DNA of 63,081 bases from a virus. Lineage: Duplodnaviria > Caudoviricetes. Each line of letters starts with the position of its first letter. Position 1 is the stretch's first letter. The stretch covers positions 1 through 63,081 of the IMG/VR virus record IMGVR_UViG_3300011116_000165, one strand, 5' to 3'. The notes below the pieces were generated by a model. It had not been told where the DNA came from, ran no database searches, and saw only the letters and a program-made list of their open reading frames with translations. A program made the translations under genes and the position numbers. Positions 54,022 through 63,081 of this stretch are shown piece after piece.

Positions 54022-55193
54022 CAGTCAATTATACAACCAACCTTGCGCTTGCCCAACCAGTAACTGGAACAGAATCCGGAACATGGGGCGATGATGTAAA
54101 CAACGGGTTGACATCTTATTTGGATAATGCCATTGCGGGTACGGTGACGCTTACCAATGACGGCGCAGTCACTCTTTCTAATACCCAAGGCACAAGCTCT
54201 GCTACCAACATTGTCTCCAGCTTGACTGGCGCGGGTACAGTTTCAGCGCAGTTTGCCATTATTAAAGTAACCGGCACGCTGACTACTGCAAAGGTACTGA
54301 CAGCCCCCTCAACCAGTAAAACATTTATTGTGGTTAATGCCGCTACCGGCAGCACCGTAACTATCAAGGCATCCGGACAGTCTGGTGTGTCCGTAGCAGT
54401 GGGCGAGTCTGCTACTGTGTACTTCAACGGCACAGACTACGTTAAGAGCGCAACCACTACGGCTGGCTCCGGAACGGTTACTTCAGTTGGCTGGACAGGC
54501 GGCATTGTTTCGGTTGCAACGGCTACCACCACCCCGGCGTTTACAATTGCAGGAACATCTGGCGGCGTCCCTTACTTTAATAGCGGAACTACTTGGGCAA
54601 CATCGGCTGCATTAGCGGCAAGTGCGCTGGTAATCGGCGGCGGGGCTGGCGCAGCACCTGCCACAACAACTACCGGCACTGGCGTGGTGACTGCTTTGGG
54701 CGTGGCAGTTGGTTCTGCGGGTGCGTTTACTACTAACAATGCCGCCAATACTTTCACTGCCCTGCAAACCTTTTCCGGCTCAACCAGTGTGCTGGCAGTA
54801 GCGATGGCAAATGCAGGTGAGGTAGCGACAGTTTCTGCCACGGCGGCTACCGGCACGATTAACTATGACGTGACCACCCAAAGTGTCCTGTATTACACGA
54901 CAAGCGCATCTGCCAACTGGACGGTTAACTTTCGTGGCTCGTCTGGCACCAGCCTTAATACTTTGATGGCAGTGGGCCAAAGCGTTACGGTAGCGTTTTT
55001 GGTCACCCAAGGCGCTACGGCCTACTACAACAACGTTGTAAACATTGACGGTACAGCAGTAACTCCTAAGTACCAAGGCGGCACCGCATGGGCTGCTGGC
55101 AATGCGTCGGGTATTGACTCTTACGTCTATACCATCATAAAGACAGCCAGTGCTACTTTCACTGTCTTGGCCTCACAGACCCAGTTCAAGTAA
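54018..55193 (+). CDS. Tail fiber protein
   Basis: N-terminal GTESGTWG anchor; Thr/Ala/Gly-rich. Confidence 0.7.
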   Translation: MTVNYTTNLALAQPVTGTESGTWGDDVNNGLTSYLDNAIAGTVTLTNDGAVTLSNTQGTSSATNIVSSLTGAGTVSAQFAIIKVTGTLTTAKVLTAPSTSKTFIVVNAATGSTVTIKASGQSGVSVAVGESATVYFNGTDYVKSATTTAGSGTVTSVGWTGGIVSVATATTTPAFTIAGTSGGVPYFNSGTTWATSAALAASALVIGGGAGAAPATTTTGTGVVTALGVAVGSAGAFTTNNAANTFTALQTFSGSTSVLAVAMANAGEVATVSATAATGTINYDVTTQSVLYYTTSASANWTVNFRGSSGTSLNTLMAVGQSVTVAFLVTQGATAYYNNVVNIDGTAVTPKYQGGTAWAAGNASGIDSYVYTIIKTASATFTVLASQTQFK

Positions 55194-55202
55194 GGTTTAG
55201 CC

Positions 55203-57215
55203 ATGCCAGTAATTAAAACTAAAGGCGCCGCATCCTCCCAAGGCTTTGGCGAGTTTGCTAAATCTGCTGCTGTTACCAATTACATTGAGGATGTGTTTTC
55301 AACGTACCTCTACACAGGCAACGGCACTACACAGACCATCACGAATGGCATTGACTTGTCTACTTATGGTGGGTTGGTTTGGACAAAAAGCCGATCGGCA
55401 GTAAAAGACAATGGAATGTGGGACACAGTTCGAGGTGCAGGAACTGGAAGTGGGTCACCAAATAATAAAACCATTAGTTCTAACGGCTTAAACCTTAGTG
55501 CTTTTTATTCGACTGATTATTTATCTGCATTCAATACAAACGGATTCAATGTAACTTATGGCGATGCCACTTACAGTGTGGCAAACCAAAGTGGAACTAC
55601 TTACGCTGGGTGGTCATTTAGGAAGCAACCTAAATTTTTTGACATTCAAACCTGGACTGGTAACGGAACAGCAGGCAAAACAATTTCTCATAATTTAGGT
55701 TCAGTGCCTGGATGCATTATGGTGCTTTGCACTACTGCTAACTACTCTTGGTTTGTATACCACAGAAATGCAAATGCTGGTGGAAACACAACATCATTGA
55801 TGCTTAATAGTACATCTGCGGCCGCAGATGATGGTAATGCTGGTATTCAAAATTTAACATCTACAACATTTGCTCTTGGTAGTGCGGGAGCAACTTCTAC
55901 CAGACTTAATGATTCAGGGCAAACATACATCGCTTATATCTTTGCTCACAACGCTGGCGGGTTTGGCCTTACTGGTACAGACAATGTAATTACTTGTGGA
56001 AGTTTTACTACTGACGCAAGCGGCAGTGTGACAGTTAATCTTGGTTATGAGCCGCAATGGTTGTTAGTTAAAAATACTCAGCTAACTGAAAATTGGGTTG
56101 AGTTGGATAATATGAGAGGTTGGTCTTTTGCTTCTCAACAAAGGTTGTTTCCCAACTTAACAAATGCTGAACAATCGTTAGCAGGAAATTATGGAACGCC
56201 TACGGCAACGGGATTTAACTTTGTAAACGGATTAGGGAATAGTAACACCTACATCTACATTGCCATACGCCGTGGGCCAATGAAAACGCCTACAACAAGT
56301 ACAAGTGTTTTTGGGCTTTCTGCTAGAACTGGAACTGGTGCAAACGCAACAGTAACCGGCGGTCAAACAGATGATTTGTTTATAAGTAAAAATAGAGCCT
56401 CTGGACCTGGAACTTTGTTTGCATCAAGATTAAGTGGAACTGTATATTTAACATCTAGTACAACAACAGGAGAAAATCCAACTGGAACAAATGTACTTCA
56501 AGCAAGCCCTTGGGACATTATGGATGGCGTTAAAGTTGGAACAACATCTAATCAAACAAATGCAAATGGACAAACATTTATAAATTATTTAGTTAAAAGA
56601 GCACCTAATTTTTTTGATGTTGTTTGTTATACGGGTACGGGAAGTGCTACTACTCAAACCCATAATTTAAATGTTGCACCTGAGTTAATAATTGTTAAAA
56701 GACGCAATTTGGCTAGCAATTGGATTGTTGGAGCAACTACAATTGGTTACTCAAATAAATTATATTTTAATTTAACAGACGCAAGCGCGGCAGATTCAAC
56801 TGCATGGAATTCAACGAATCCAACTTCAAGTGTTTTTAGTCTTGGAACAAATACTGAATGCAATGCAGGAGCCTCTACTTACATTGCCTATTTGTTTGCC
56901 TCTTGTCCAGGTGTTTCTTCTGTCGGTACTTATACAGGAAATGGAACAACGCAAACTATTAATTGTGGATTTACTAGCGGCTCTAGGTTTGTAATGATTA
57001 AGCAAACCAATTCAACTGGCGGGTGGTATTTTTACGATACAGCCCGTGGAATGACAACATTGACAGACCCTTATTTGTTTTTTGATAGCACGGCGGGTGA
57101 TGCTGCAACACTTGGCTCTGTAACAACCGTAACAACTGGTTTTGCGCTTGACGCTACGATTTTGGCTGCAATTAATACAAATGCCGCAACTTACATTTAC
57201 ATGGCAATAGCATAA
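55203..57215 (+). CDS. Tail fiber/receptor-binding protein
   Basis: Repeated YTGNG / FFD..HNL..P / Y.AY.FA units. Confidence 0.7.
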   Translation: MPVIKTKGAASSQGFGEFAKSAAVTNYIEDVFSTYLYTGNGTTQTITNGIDLSTYGGLVWTKSRSAVKDNGMWDTVRGAGTGSGSPNNKTISSNGLNLSAFYSTDYLSAFNTNGFNVTYGDATYSVANQSGTTYAGWSFRKQPKFFDIQTWTGNGTAGKTISHNLGSVPGCIMVLCTTANYSWFVYHRNANAGGNTTSLMLNSTSAAADDGNAGIQNLTSTTFALGSAGATSTRLNDSGQTYIAYIFAHNAGGFGLTGTDNVITCGSFTTDASGSVTVNLGYEPQWLLVKNTQLTENWVELDNMRGWSFASQQRLFPNLTNAEQSLAGNYGTPTATGFNFVNGLGNSNTYIYIAIRRGPMKTPTTSTSVFGLSARTGTGANATVTGGQTDDLFISKNRASGPGTLFASRLSGTVYLTSSTTTGENPTGTNVLQASPWDIMDGVKVGTTSNQTNANGQTFINYLVKRAPNFFDVVCYTGTGSATTQTHNLNVAPELIIVKRRNLASNWIVGATTIGYSNKLYFNLTDASAADSTAWNSTNPTSSVFSLGTNTECNAGASTYIAYLFASCPGVSSVGTYTGNGTTQTINCGFTSGSRFVMIKQTNSTGGWYFYDTARGMTTLTDPYLFFDSTAGDAATLGSVTTVTTGFALDATILAAINTNAATYIYMAIA

Positions 57216-57224
57216 GGACACATC

Positions 57225-57671
57225 ATGGAAATCCGAATCAGAGAAACCGGCGCAGTGATGTTTGAGAGCGAGTTCCGCTCCTACCTGCAAGCCAACAATG
57301 GCCCGTCTTACGACACACTGACCCAAGAGGTGGCAGAGGCTTTAAGCGTGGATGTGGTGCTGGAAGGCCCGCAAGCCAGCCCCACGCGCTACCAAGTGGC
57401 CTACCGTGATGGCGTTGAGAAAATTGGCGGCGCTTGGCATACCAAATACAGCGTTGCAGATATGGACGCAGACGCTATTGCCGCCAAAGATGCAGAACAA
57501 GCAAAAGCCATGCGTGAGCAGCGTAATACCAAACTTTCTGACAGCGATTGGACGCAGTTGGCAGACAGTACGGCAGACAAAACGGCATGGGCAACCTACC
57601 GCCAAGCACTGCGTGATATATCAGCACAGTCAAGTTTCCCTTGGGACATTACTTGGCCTGACGCGCCCTAA
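57225..57671 (+). CDS. Tail fiber assembly chaperone
   Basis: R..RN..L..SDWTQ..WATYRQALRDI..WP. Confidence 0.85.
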   Translation: MEIRIRETGAVMFESEFRSYLQANNGPSYDTLTQEVAEALSVDVVLEGPQASPTRYQVAYRDGVEKIGGAWHTKYSVADMDADAIAAKDAEQAKAMREQRNTKLSDSDWTQLADSTADKTAWATYRQALRDISAQSSFPWDITWPDAP

Positions 57672-57681
57672 CAGGTGATTT

Positions 57682-58155
57682 GTGATCGACCCGATCACCG
57701 CTTTCGCCACAGCCCAAGCGGCGGTAAAAGGCGTCCAAGCCGCGATTAAGTTAGGCAAGGATATCCACGCCATCACTGGCGAGGCAATGAAATTTTTTGA
57801 GGCCAAGGATGTTGTCCAGAGGGCAGCGTCCAAGCCAAAGACAGGGTTTGCAGGGTCGGACACGGCGCAGGCGTTTGAGATAGTCATGCAAGCCAAGCGG
57901 CTGGATGACGCTGAGAAGGAGTTAAACCAGTGGTTGGTGCTTAATGGTCATGCAGATGTTTGGCAACAGTTGTTGATTACAAGAAATAACTTGATACAGC
58001 AGCGCAAGAAAGAAGAAATCTTGGCAGAGCAGCACGCTGCGGCTAAGAAAAAGGAGATGGACGAGTTTATTAACTGGCTCCTTGGCGGTGCAATAGCTAT
58101 TTTGGTACTTGGTTTTGTCTTTTGGTGGTTAACAATTTTGCTGGAGAAACACTGA
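57682..58155 (+). CDS. C-terminal TM protein
   Basis: MIDPITA..; hydrophobic C-terminus; precedes the holin. Confidence 0.65.
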   Translation: MIDPITAFATAQAAVKGVQAAIKLGKDIHAITGEAMKFFEAKDVVQRAASKPKTGFAGSDTAQAFEIVMQAKRLDDAEKELNQWLVLNGHADVWQQLLITRNNLIQQRKKEEILAEQHAAAKKKEMDEFINWLLGGAIAILVLGFVFWWLTILLEKH

Positions 58156-58667
58156 TGATCCCCATAGTCGCATCTTTGCTTGGGACACTTGCCGAAAACG
58201 GTCTTGGCCTCCTGTCCTCTGCCCTCCAAGCCAAGGGCAAAGAAGTTGTTGAGAACACCTTTGGCATCAAAATCCCGGACTCTCCTACCCCCGAAGACGT
58301 TGCCAAACTGCGCCAGCTTCAGTATGACCACGAAGAGCGCCTGATTGAACTGGGCATCCAAAAAGCCCAAATGGAACTGGATACGCTAAAAGTTTTTGCT
58401 CAAGCAGTTCAAAACGAGGACAACAACGTATCTGATCGCTGGAAAGCAGACATGGGGTCTGATTCTTGGCTGTCTAAAAACATCCGACCTTTAAGCCTTG
58501 TAGCCATTTTTACGGGTTATTTTTTGTTTGCCATGATGTCAGCGTTTGGTTTAAACGCCAATCAAAGCTACGTCACCCTGCTTGGAAACTGGGGTATGCT
58601 CATCATGGGCGCTTATTTTGGTGGCAGAACCATTGAGAAACTGGCAGACATAAGGGGTGGAAAATGA
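58155..58667 (+). CDS. Holin (GTA 3TM-like)
   Basis: DSWLSKNIRP, TM helices, YFGGRT.EK. Confidence 0.75.
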   Translation: MIPIVASLLGTLAENGLGLLSSALQAKGKEVVENTFGIKIPDSPTPEDVAKLRQLQYDHEERLIELGIQKAQMELDTLKVFAQAVQNEDNNVSDRWKADMGSDSWLSKNIRPLSLVAIFTGYFLFAMMSAFGLNANQSYVTLLGNWGMLIMGAYFGGRTIEKLADIRGGK

Positions 58668-59002
58668 GCCTATCGCAAGAACAAGCGGCATTTTTACTGG
58701 ATATGTGCAAACTAATTCAGTACGCCACGGAGCAGGGCTTCGTGGTCACCGGAGGGGAACTGGCCCGCACGCCGGAGCAACAAGCCATTTACTTCAAGAC
58801 CGGGCGGTCTAAAACGATGGACTCCATCCACCTGAAGCGCTGCGCCATTGACTTGAATTTCTTCAAGGATGGGAAGATAATATGGGACAAGGGGATTTTG
58901 GCCCCGCTAGGCGTGTATTGGGAAAGCCTGCACCCAAAAAACCGTTGGGGCGGCAATTTCAAATCGTTGGTTGATTGCCCGCATTTTGAAAGAAACGTGT
59001 AA
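58664..59002 (+). CDS. Peptidase M15 endolysin
   Basis: RTPEQQ, SIH..AID, WGG.F and DCPHFE. Confidence 0.88.
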   Translation: MSLSQEQAAFLLDMCKLIQYATEQGFVVTGGELARTPEQQAIYFKTGRSKTMDSIHLKRCAIDLNFFKDGKIIWDKGILAPLGVYWESLHPKNRWGGNFKSLVDCPHFERNV

Positions 59003-61134
59003 TGCCGTTACAAAAACTTGTCCTCAAGCCGGGGGTTAACCGGGAAAACACTCGGTACACCAACGAGAACGGCTGGTATGAGTCCGACAAGATTCGGTTT
59101 CGCCAAGGTACGCCTGAGAAAATTGGCGGCTGGGCGCGTATTTCTGGCAATACATTTATTGGCATTTGCCGTTCCCTTTGGAATTGGGTAACGCTGGCAG
59201 GGCAAAACCTAATGGGTGTTGGAACTACGTCCAAATTCTATATTGAAAATGGCGGGGCTTATTACGACATTACCCCAATCCGCGCAGAACATACGCTGAC
59301 CAATCCATTTGCCACTGATACGGCTACCAACTCCGGTGGCTATACAACAGTAACTGTAACAGATGGTGCAGATGGATTTACTGATGGGGCTTATGTAACC
59401 TTTTATGGTGGCACTGCGGTTGGCGGGGTCACAGTACTTGGGGAATATGCGCTCACTCTTTTAACTGGTTCTACTTACACAATCCGTGTTTCGGGAACTG
59501 CATCTTCCTCCACAACAGGTGGTGGCACTGTCTACGCCGTGTACCAGATTAACCCGGGCGGTGCTACTTATGTACCGTCTGTTGGGTGGGGCGCTGGCGC
59601 TTGGGGTGGAGGGTACTGGGGGCTTGGAACCGTTACTCCTACCGCAGTAGAACCCATCCGTATTTGGAACCAAAATAACTTTGGGCAAAACCTTTTGTAT
59701 GGCGTAGGTGGCGGGCCTTTGTATTATTGGGATGCCAATATTGGGTACTCAAACTCAACAGTAACAATGACAATTGCCACACCTTGTGTGGTTTCATGCA
59801 ATTTAGGGCTTGTTGATCTCACTCCCATTACACTGGCTACCACTGGAGCTTTGCCAACGGGCTTACTGCCCGGAACAACATATTACGTTCGGTATGTCAG
59901 TAGCACATCATTTAATCTGTCGGCTACGCCTACTGGCGCTTTGATTAATACAACCGGTACGCAGTCTGGCGTACAAAGTATTTCCCCTCGCGGTGTTTTG
60001 GTTTCTACTCTGCCCGGTGCTGACGCTTACGTTCCTCTGTACCAAAATGTATTTACAGTATCTGATGCAAGCCGGTTTGTGTTGGTGTTTGGAACCAATG
60101 ATTACGGCAGCACGGTGCTTGACCCCATGCTTATTCGGTGGTCGGATCAGGAGTCTTTGACAACTTGGTATCCGGCAATTACCAACCAAGCAGGCAGCGT
60201 CCGGCTATCCCACGGCTCTAAAATCGTAGCTGTTTTGCAAAGCCGACAAGAGATTTTGGTGTGGACAGACTCCACGCTTTACTCTCTGCAATACCTTGGC
60301 CCGCCGTATGTTTGGGGCAACCAGCTTCTTGCGGACAACGTGTCCCTTATTAGCCAGAACGCCCCTGTTATTGCTTCCGGTGTAACTTACTGGATGGGAG
60401 TGGACAAGTTCTACAAATACGACGGTCGCGTGCAAACGCTTAACTGCGATCTGCGCCAGTATGTTTACGGGGATATCAACCTCACCCAGTCGGTACAAGT
60501 GTTTGGTAGTACCAACGAGGGATTTAACGAGGCTTGGTGGTTCTACTGTTCGGCAGAAAGTAATGTGATCGACAAGTACGTCATCTACAACTACGTTGAA
60601 AACGCTTGGTACTACGGCACTATGGGCCGCACGGCATGGATTGATACCGGCCTGCGTAATAACCCTGTGGCGGCAACCTACTCCTATAACCTTGTAAATC
60701 ACGAGTCTGGCGTGGATGACAACACCAACGGAACCCCAGCAGCAATTACCGCCACAATCACCAGCGCCCAGTTTGATATTGGTGACGGCAATAACTTTGC
60801 CTTTGTCTGGAGGATGCTGCCTGACTTAACGTTCCGTGGCTCCACGGCAGGAACAACCCCTGCGCTGACCATGCAGCTTCTGCCGTTACAAAACTCTGGC
60901 TCAGGGTACAACGATCCCAAATCAGTCGGCGGTACAAGCACAGACGCATCTCAGGCAGTTACAGCTACGCAGACATACCCAATTGACTTGGACACCTACA
61001 ACGGGCAGATTTACATCCGTATCCGTGGACGGCAGATGGCTATGCGTATTACGTCCAACCAGATTGGCACCCAGTGGCAGCTTGGCAGCCCCCGTATTGA
61101 TATCCGTCCTGACGGTCGTCGGGGTAGCGCATGA
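59002..61134 (+). CDS. Tail nozzle/DNA-stabilization protein (P22 gp10-like)
   Basis: 710 aa beta-rich; PGVNRE..RF, IRWSDQE, FYKYDG. Confidence 0.7.
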   Translation: MPLQKLVLKPGVNRENTRYTNENGWYESDKIRFRQGTPEKIGGWARISGNTFIGICRSLWNWVTLAGQNLMGVGTTSKFYIENGGAYYDITPIRAEHTLTNPFATDTATNSGGYTTVTVTDGADGFTDGAYVTFYGGTAVGGVTVLGEYALTLLTGSTYTIRVSGTASSSTTGGGTVYAVYQINPGGATYVPSVGWGAGAWGGGYWGLGTVTPTAVEPIRIWNQNNFGQNLLYGVGGGPLYYWDANIGYSNSTVTMTIATPCVVSCNLGLVDLTPITLATTGALPTGLLPGTTYYVRYVSSTSFNLSATPTGALINTTGTQSGVQSISPRGVLVSTLPGADAYVPLYQNVFTVSDASRFVLVFGTNDYGSTVLDPMLIRWSDQESLTTWYPAITNQAGSVRLSHGSKIVAVLQSRQEILVWTDSTLYSLQYLGPPYVWGNQLLADNVSLISQNAPVIASGVTYWMGVDKFYKYDGRVQTLNCDLRQYVYGDINLTQSVQVFGSTNEGFNEAWWFYCSAESNVIDKYVIYNYVENAWYYGTMGRTAWIDTGLRNNPVAATYSYNLVNHESGVDDNTNGTPAAITATITSAQFDIGDGNNFAFVWRMLPDLTFRGSTAGTTPALTMQLLPLQNSGSGYNDPKSVGGTSTDASQAVTATQTYPIDLDTYNGQIYIRIRGRQMAMRITSNQIGTQWQLGSPRIDIRPDGRRGSA

Positions 61135-61805
61135 CCTATATAGTAACTTCGGAGTACGTCCTCAATCAGGCAGTTGCCCCACGATTACCTGCGGCTACGC
61201 CTGAGTATGATGTTAACTACATAAACCAGCTTAACAACGTCTTGCGGCTGTACTTCAACCAATTGGACAACATACTGGGGCAGATGAAAACAGCGACGGA
61301 TGGAACTTTTAAGATTGATGGCTCAGGGGTCAGGTTCCCTTATGGGGCATTTTCCAGCGATCAATCCCAGTCTACGACTGCCAATACCGCCGCCCTGCTG
61401 ACGTTAAACACCACGGATTTTTCTAATGGTGTAAGTATTGCAAGCTCCAAAATCACGGTAGCCAAAGCCGGTATATACAACTTGCAGTTCAGCGTGCAGG
61501 TTCAAAATCTGGATAACGCTCCGCAAGACCTTTTTATCTGGTTAAAGCAAAACGGCACAGACATTGTTGGCTCTACCGGAAAAGTAGGAATGCCTGCCCG
61601 TAAAAGCGCGGGTGTTCCGACTCATGACATTAAAGGCTGGAACTATTTTCTGTCTATGGCAGCAAATGACTACGTTGAGATTTACTGGTCGCCCACAATT
61701 GCTACCGTAACTATCGAGTACTACGCTGCATCCGGCACCCCAACCAAACCATCTACGCAATCCGTCGTAGCCACAATGACGTTTGTCTCAGCGCTGGCAA
61801 CATGA
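61131..61805 (+). CDS. Virion protein with C1q-like C-terminal domain
   Basis: LRLYFNQLD; GAFS..GIYNLQFSVQ..WLKQNG. Confidence 0.55.
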   Translation: MTYIVTSEYVLNQAVAPRLPAATPEYDVNYINQLNNVLRLYFNQLDNILGQMKTATDGTFKIDGSGVRFPYGAFSSDQSQSTTANTAALLTLNTTDFSNGVSIASSKITVAKAGIYNLQFSVQVQNLDNAPQDLFIWLKQNGTDIVGSTGKVGMPARKSAGVPTHDIKGWNYFLSMAANDYVEIYWSPTIATVTIEYYAASGTPTKPSTQSVVATMTFVSALAT

Positions 61806-61839
61806 TAATATCGACCAACCCCCATTTTGAGAGGCAAAT

Positions 61840-63081
61840 ATGAGCCTACACGCACTGGCCAACCACATGGCTGAAAAGGGCCGAGGCCCAGATACTATGC
61901 TTATCCACATGGCCCCTAGCGAAGTGCGCGGGCTTCAGGCTTTGGCACAGGCTCATGGCGGGTCACTGACTGTTAATCCCGAAACGGGACTACCCGAAGC
62001 TGGGTTTTTGGACAAATTACTTCCTGCAATTATTGGCGCGGGTATCAGTTATTTTTCGGGCGGTACGATTGACCCTATGACTGCCGCTGCTATGGTCGGC
62101 GGCGTTGAAACTGCGCGCACTGGCGATATTGGAAAAGGTATTTCTGCCGGTCTGGGCGCTTATGGTGGCGCTGGTATAACTGCTGGGTTTATGGGAGCTG
62201 GAGCAAGTGGCGTAGCCGCAGAACAACTTGCTGCTGGACAACTTAGCGCTGGACAGTTTGCAGCGGAGCAAGCGGCGGCTTCTGCACATGGGGCGTACCT
62301 ACCAGCGGCTGAAGCAACGCAGGGCGCTTTCTTGCCTTCCTCTGCTGCCACCGCTTACACCGCAAACCCATCCAATGCTGATTTACTGAGCAAAGGATTT
62401 GATACCGCAACAAGTAGCGGTAAGGCGATGAAAGATTTTGCTCTTGCAAACTGGAAACCAATGGCTGCTGCTGCGCTGCCTGTACTAGCTGACATAGGTG
62501 AAACTACTCAAATGCCGGGTATGAACCAAGTTCCGGGCAAAGTACGTCGGTATTCCTACGATCCCTATGGCCAAAGTTACACACCTGCGGGCACTTACGA
62601 AGCCCCCGGCACCGCAGCAAATGGCGGCTTAATGGGTATGGCTAACGGCGGCATGGCTCGGTATGCGCGTGGGGATTTGGTTCAAGACACCACTTTCCAA
62701 CCTGCGATAAACGATCAAGCTGCTGCCAAGGCCGCTGCTATGGCTCCTGTTATCCCCGTTGCCCCTGCCACCACTGCGGCTCCCGCATTTACAACCCAGC
62801 AAATCCAAGATGCAATTGCGGCGTCTCGCCAGCAAGGGTTTAACAATGACCAGATTCTCCAAGGCGCTCAAGCAAAATTTGGTGTGGATGTCAGTCAGTA
62901 TTTAAGCCCTGCTCCAGCACCAGCCGCAAACAACGGTAATGGATTATTGTCTAGCGTAGCACCAGCAGTTAAAGAGTTTTTGGCGGCTAACCCCAACGCA
63001 CTTTCAACCACAACACCAACACGAAGCGGCGGGATGTTTGGTAACGTAGCTAATATAAGCACGAATCTTTCCCCAGACACC
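61840..63081 (+). CDS. 5' part of a ~1032-aa internal virion protein (continues at 128-1984)
   Basis: GAGG SD; MSLHALANHMAEKGRGPDTMLIHM..NPETGLPEA; open to the contig end; missing from the ORF track. Confidence 0.85.
   Translation, partial: MSLHALANHMAEKGRGPDTMLIHMAPSEVRGLQALAQAHGGSLTVNPETGLPEAGFLDKLLPAIIGAGISYFSGGTIDPMTAAAMVGGVETARTGDIGKGISAGLGAYGGAGITAGFMGAGASGVAAEQLAAGQLSAGQFAAEQAAASAHGAYLPAAEATQGAFLPSSAATAYTANPSNADLLSKGFDTATSSGKAMKDFALANWKPMAAAALPVLADIGETTQMPGMNQVPGKVRRYSYDPYGQSYTPAGTYEAPGTAANGGLMGMANGGMARYARGDLVQDTTFQPAINDQAAAKAAAMAPVIPVAPATTAAPAFTTQQIQDAIAASRQQGFNNDQILQGAQAKFGVDVSQYLSPAPAPAANNGNGLLSSVAPAVKEFLAANPNALSTTTPTRSGGMFGNVANISTNLSPDT
62955..63081. repeat. Terminal overlap, identical to 1-127
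   Basis: Exact match. Confidence 0.97.

Noticed and set aside
51707-57215. Diversity-generating retroelement or invertible tail cassette
   Set aside because: No reverse transcriptase, recombinase or adenine-specific repeat pair seen.
62955-63081. 127-bp terminal repeat as a biological DTR
   Set aside because: It falls mid-gene and 127 is a common assembler k-mer length, so it is best read as circular overlap.

Overview
Complete genome of a tailed dsDNA phage, probably podovirus-like. The last 127 bp repeat the first 127 bp, so it assembles as a circle of 62,954 bp. It has two divergent arms. The minus-strand early/replication arm (about 33.6 to 11.1 kb) carries many small genes, an AAA+ ATPase/vWA-metallopeptidase module, family A DNA polymerase, VRR-NUC, a PD-(D/E)xK nuclease, an SNF2 helicase and a DUF927 primase-helicase. 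The plus-strand late arm (34.0 kb, across the junction, to 11.07 kb) carries terminase, portal, GroES, scaffold, a Mu-gpT-like capsid, small basic proteins, tail genes, holin, M15 endolysin, nozzle and ejection proteins. I saw no integrase, tRNA or CRISPR array. An aquatic proteobacterial host is inferred only. Main observations: (1) a small replication-arm gene (20792-21031) starts with a codon-diverged copy of the phage's own major capsid N-terminus (21/24 aa identical), a candidate capsid decoy; (2) 17 copies of the palindrome CTAACA-W1/2-TGTTAG are confined to 21.4-33.7 kb; (3) small late and ejected proteins share short peptide tags; (4) a double-pseudoknot RNA lies downstream of the capsid gene. 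All calls are by-eye motif recognition; no searches were run.
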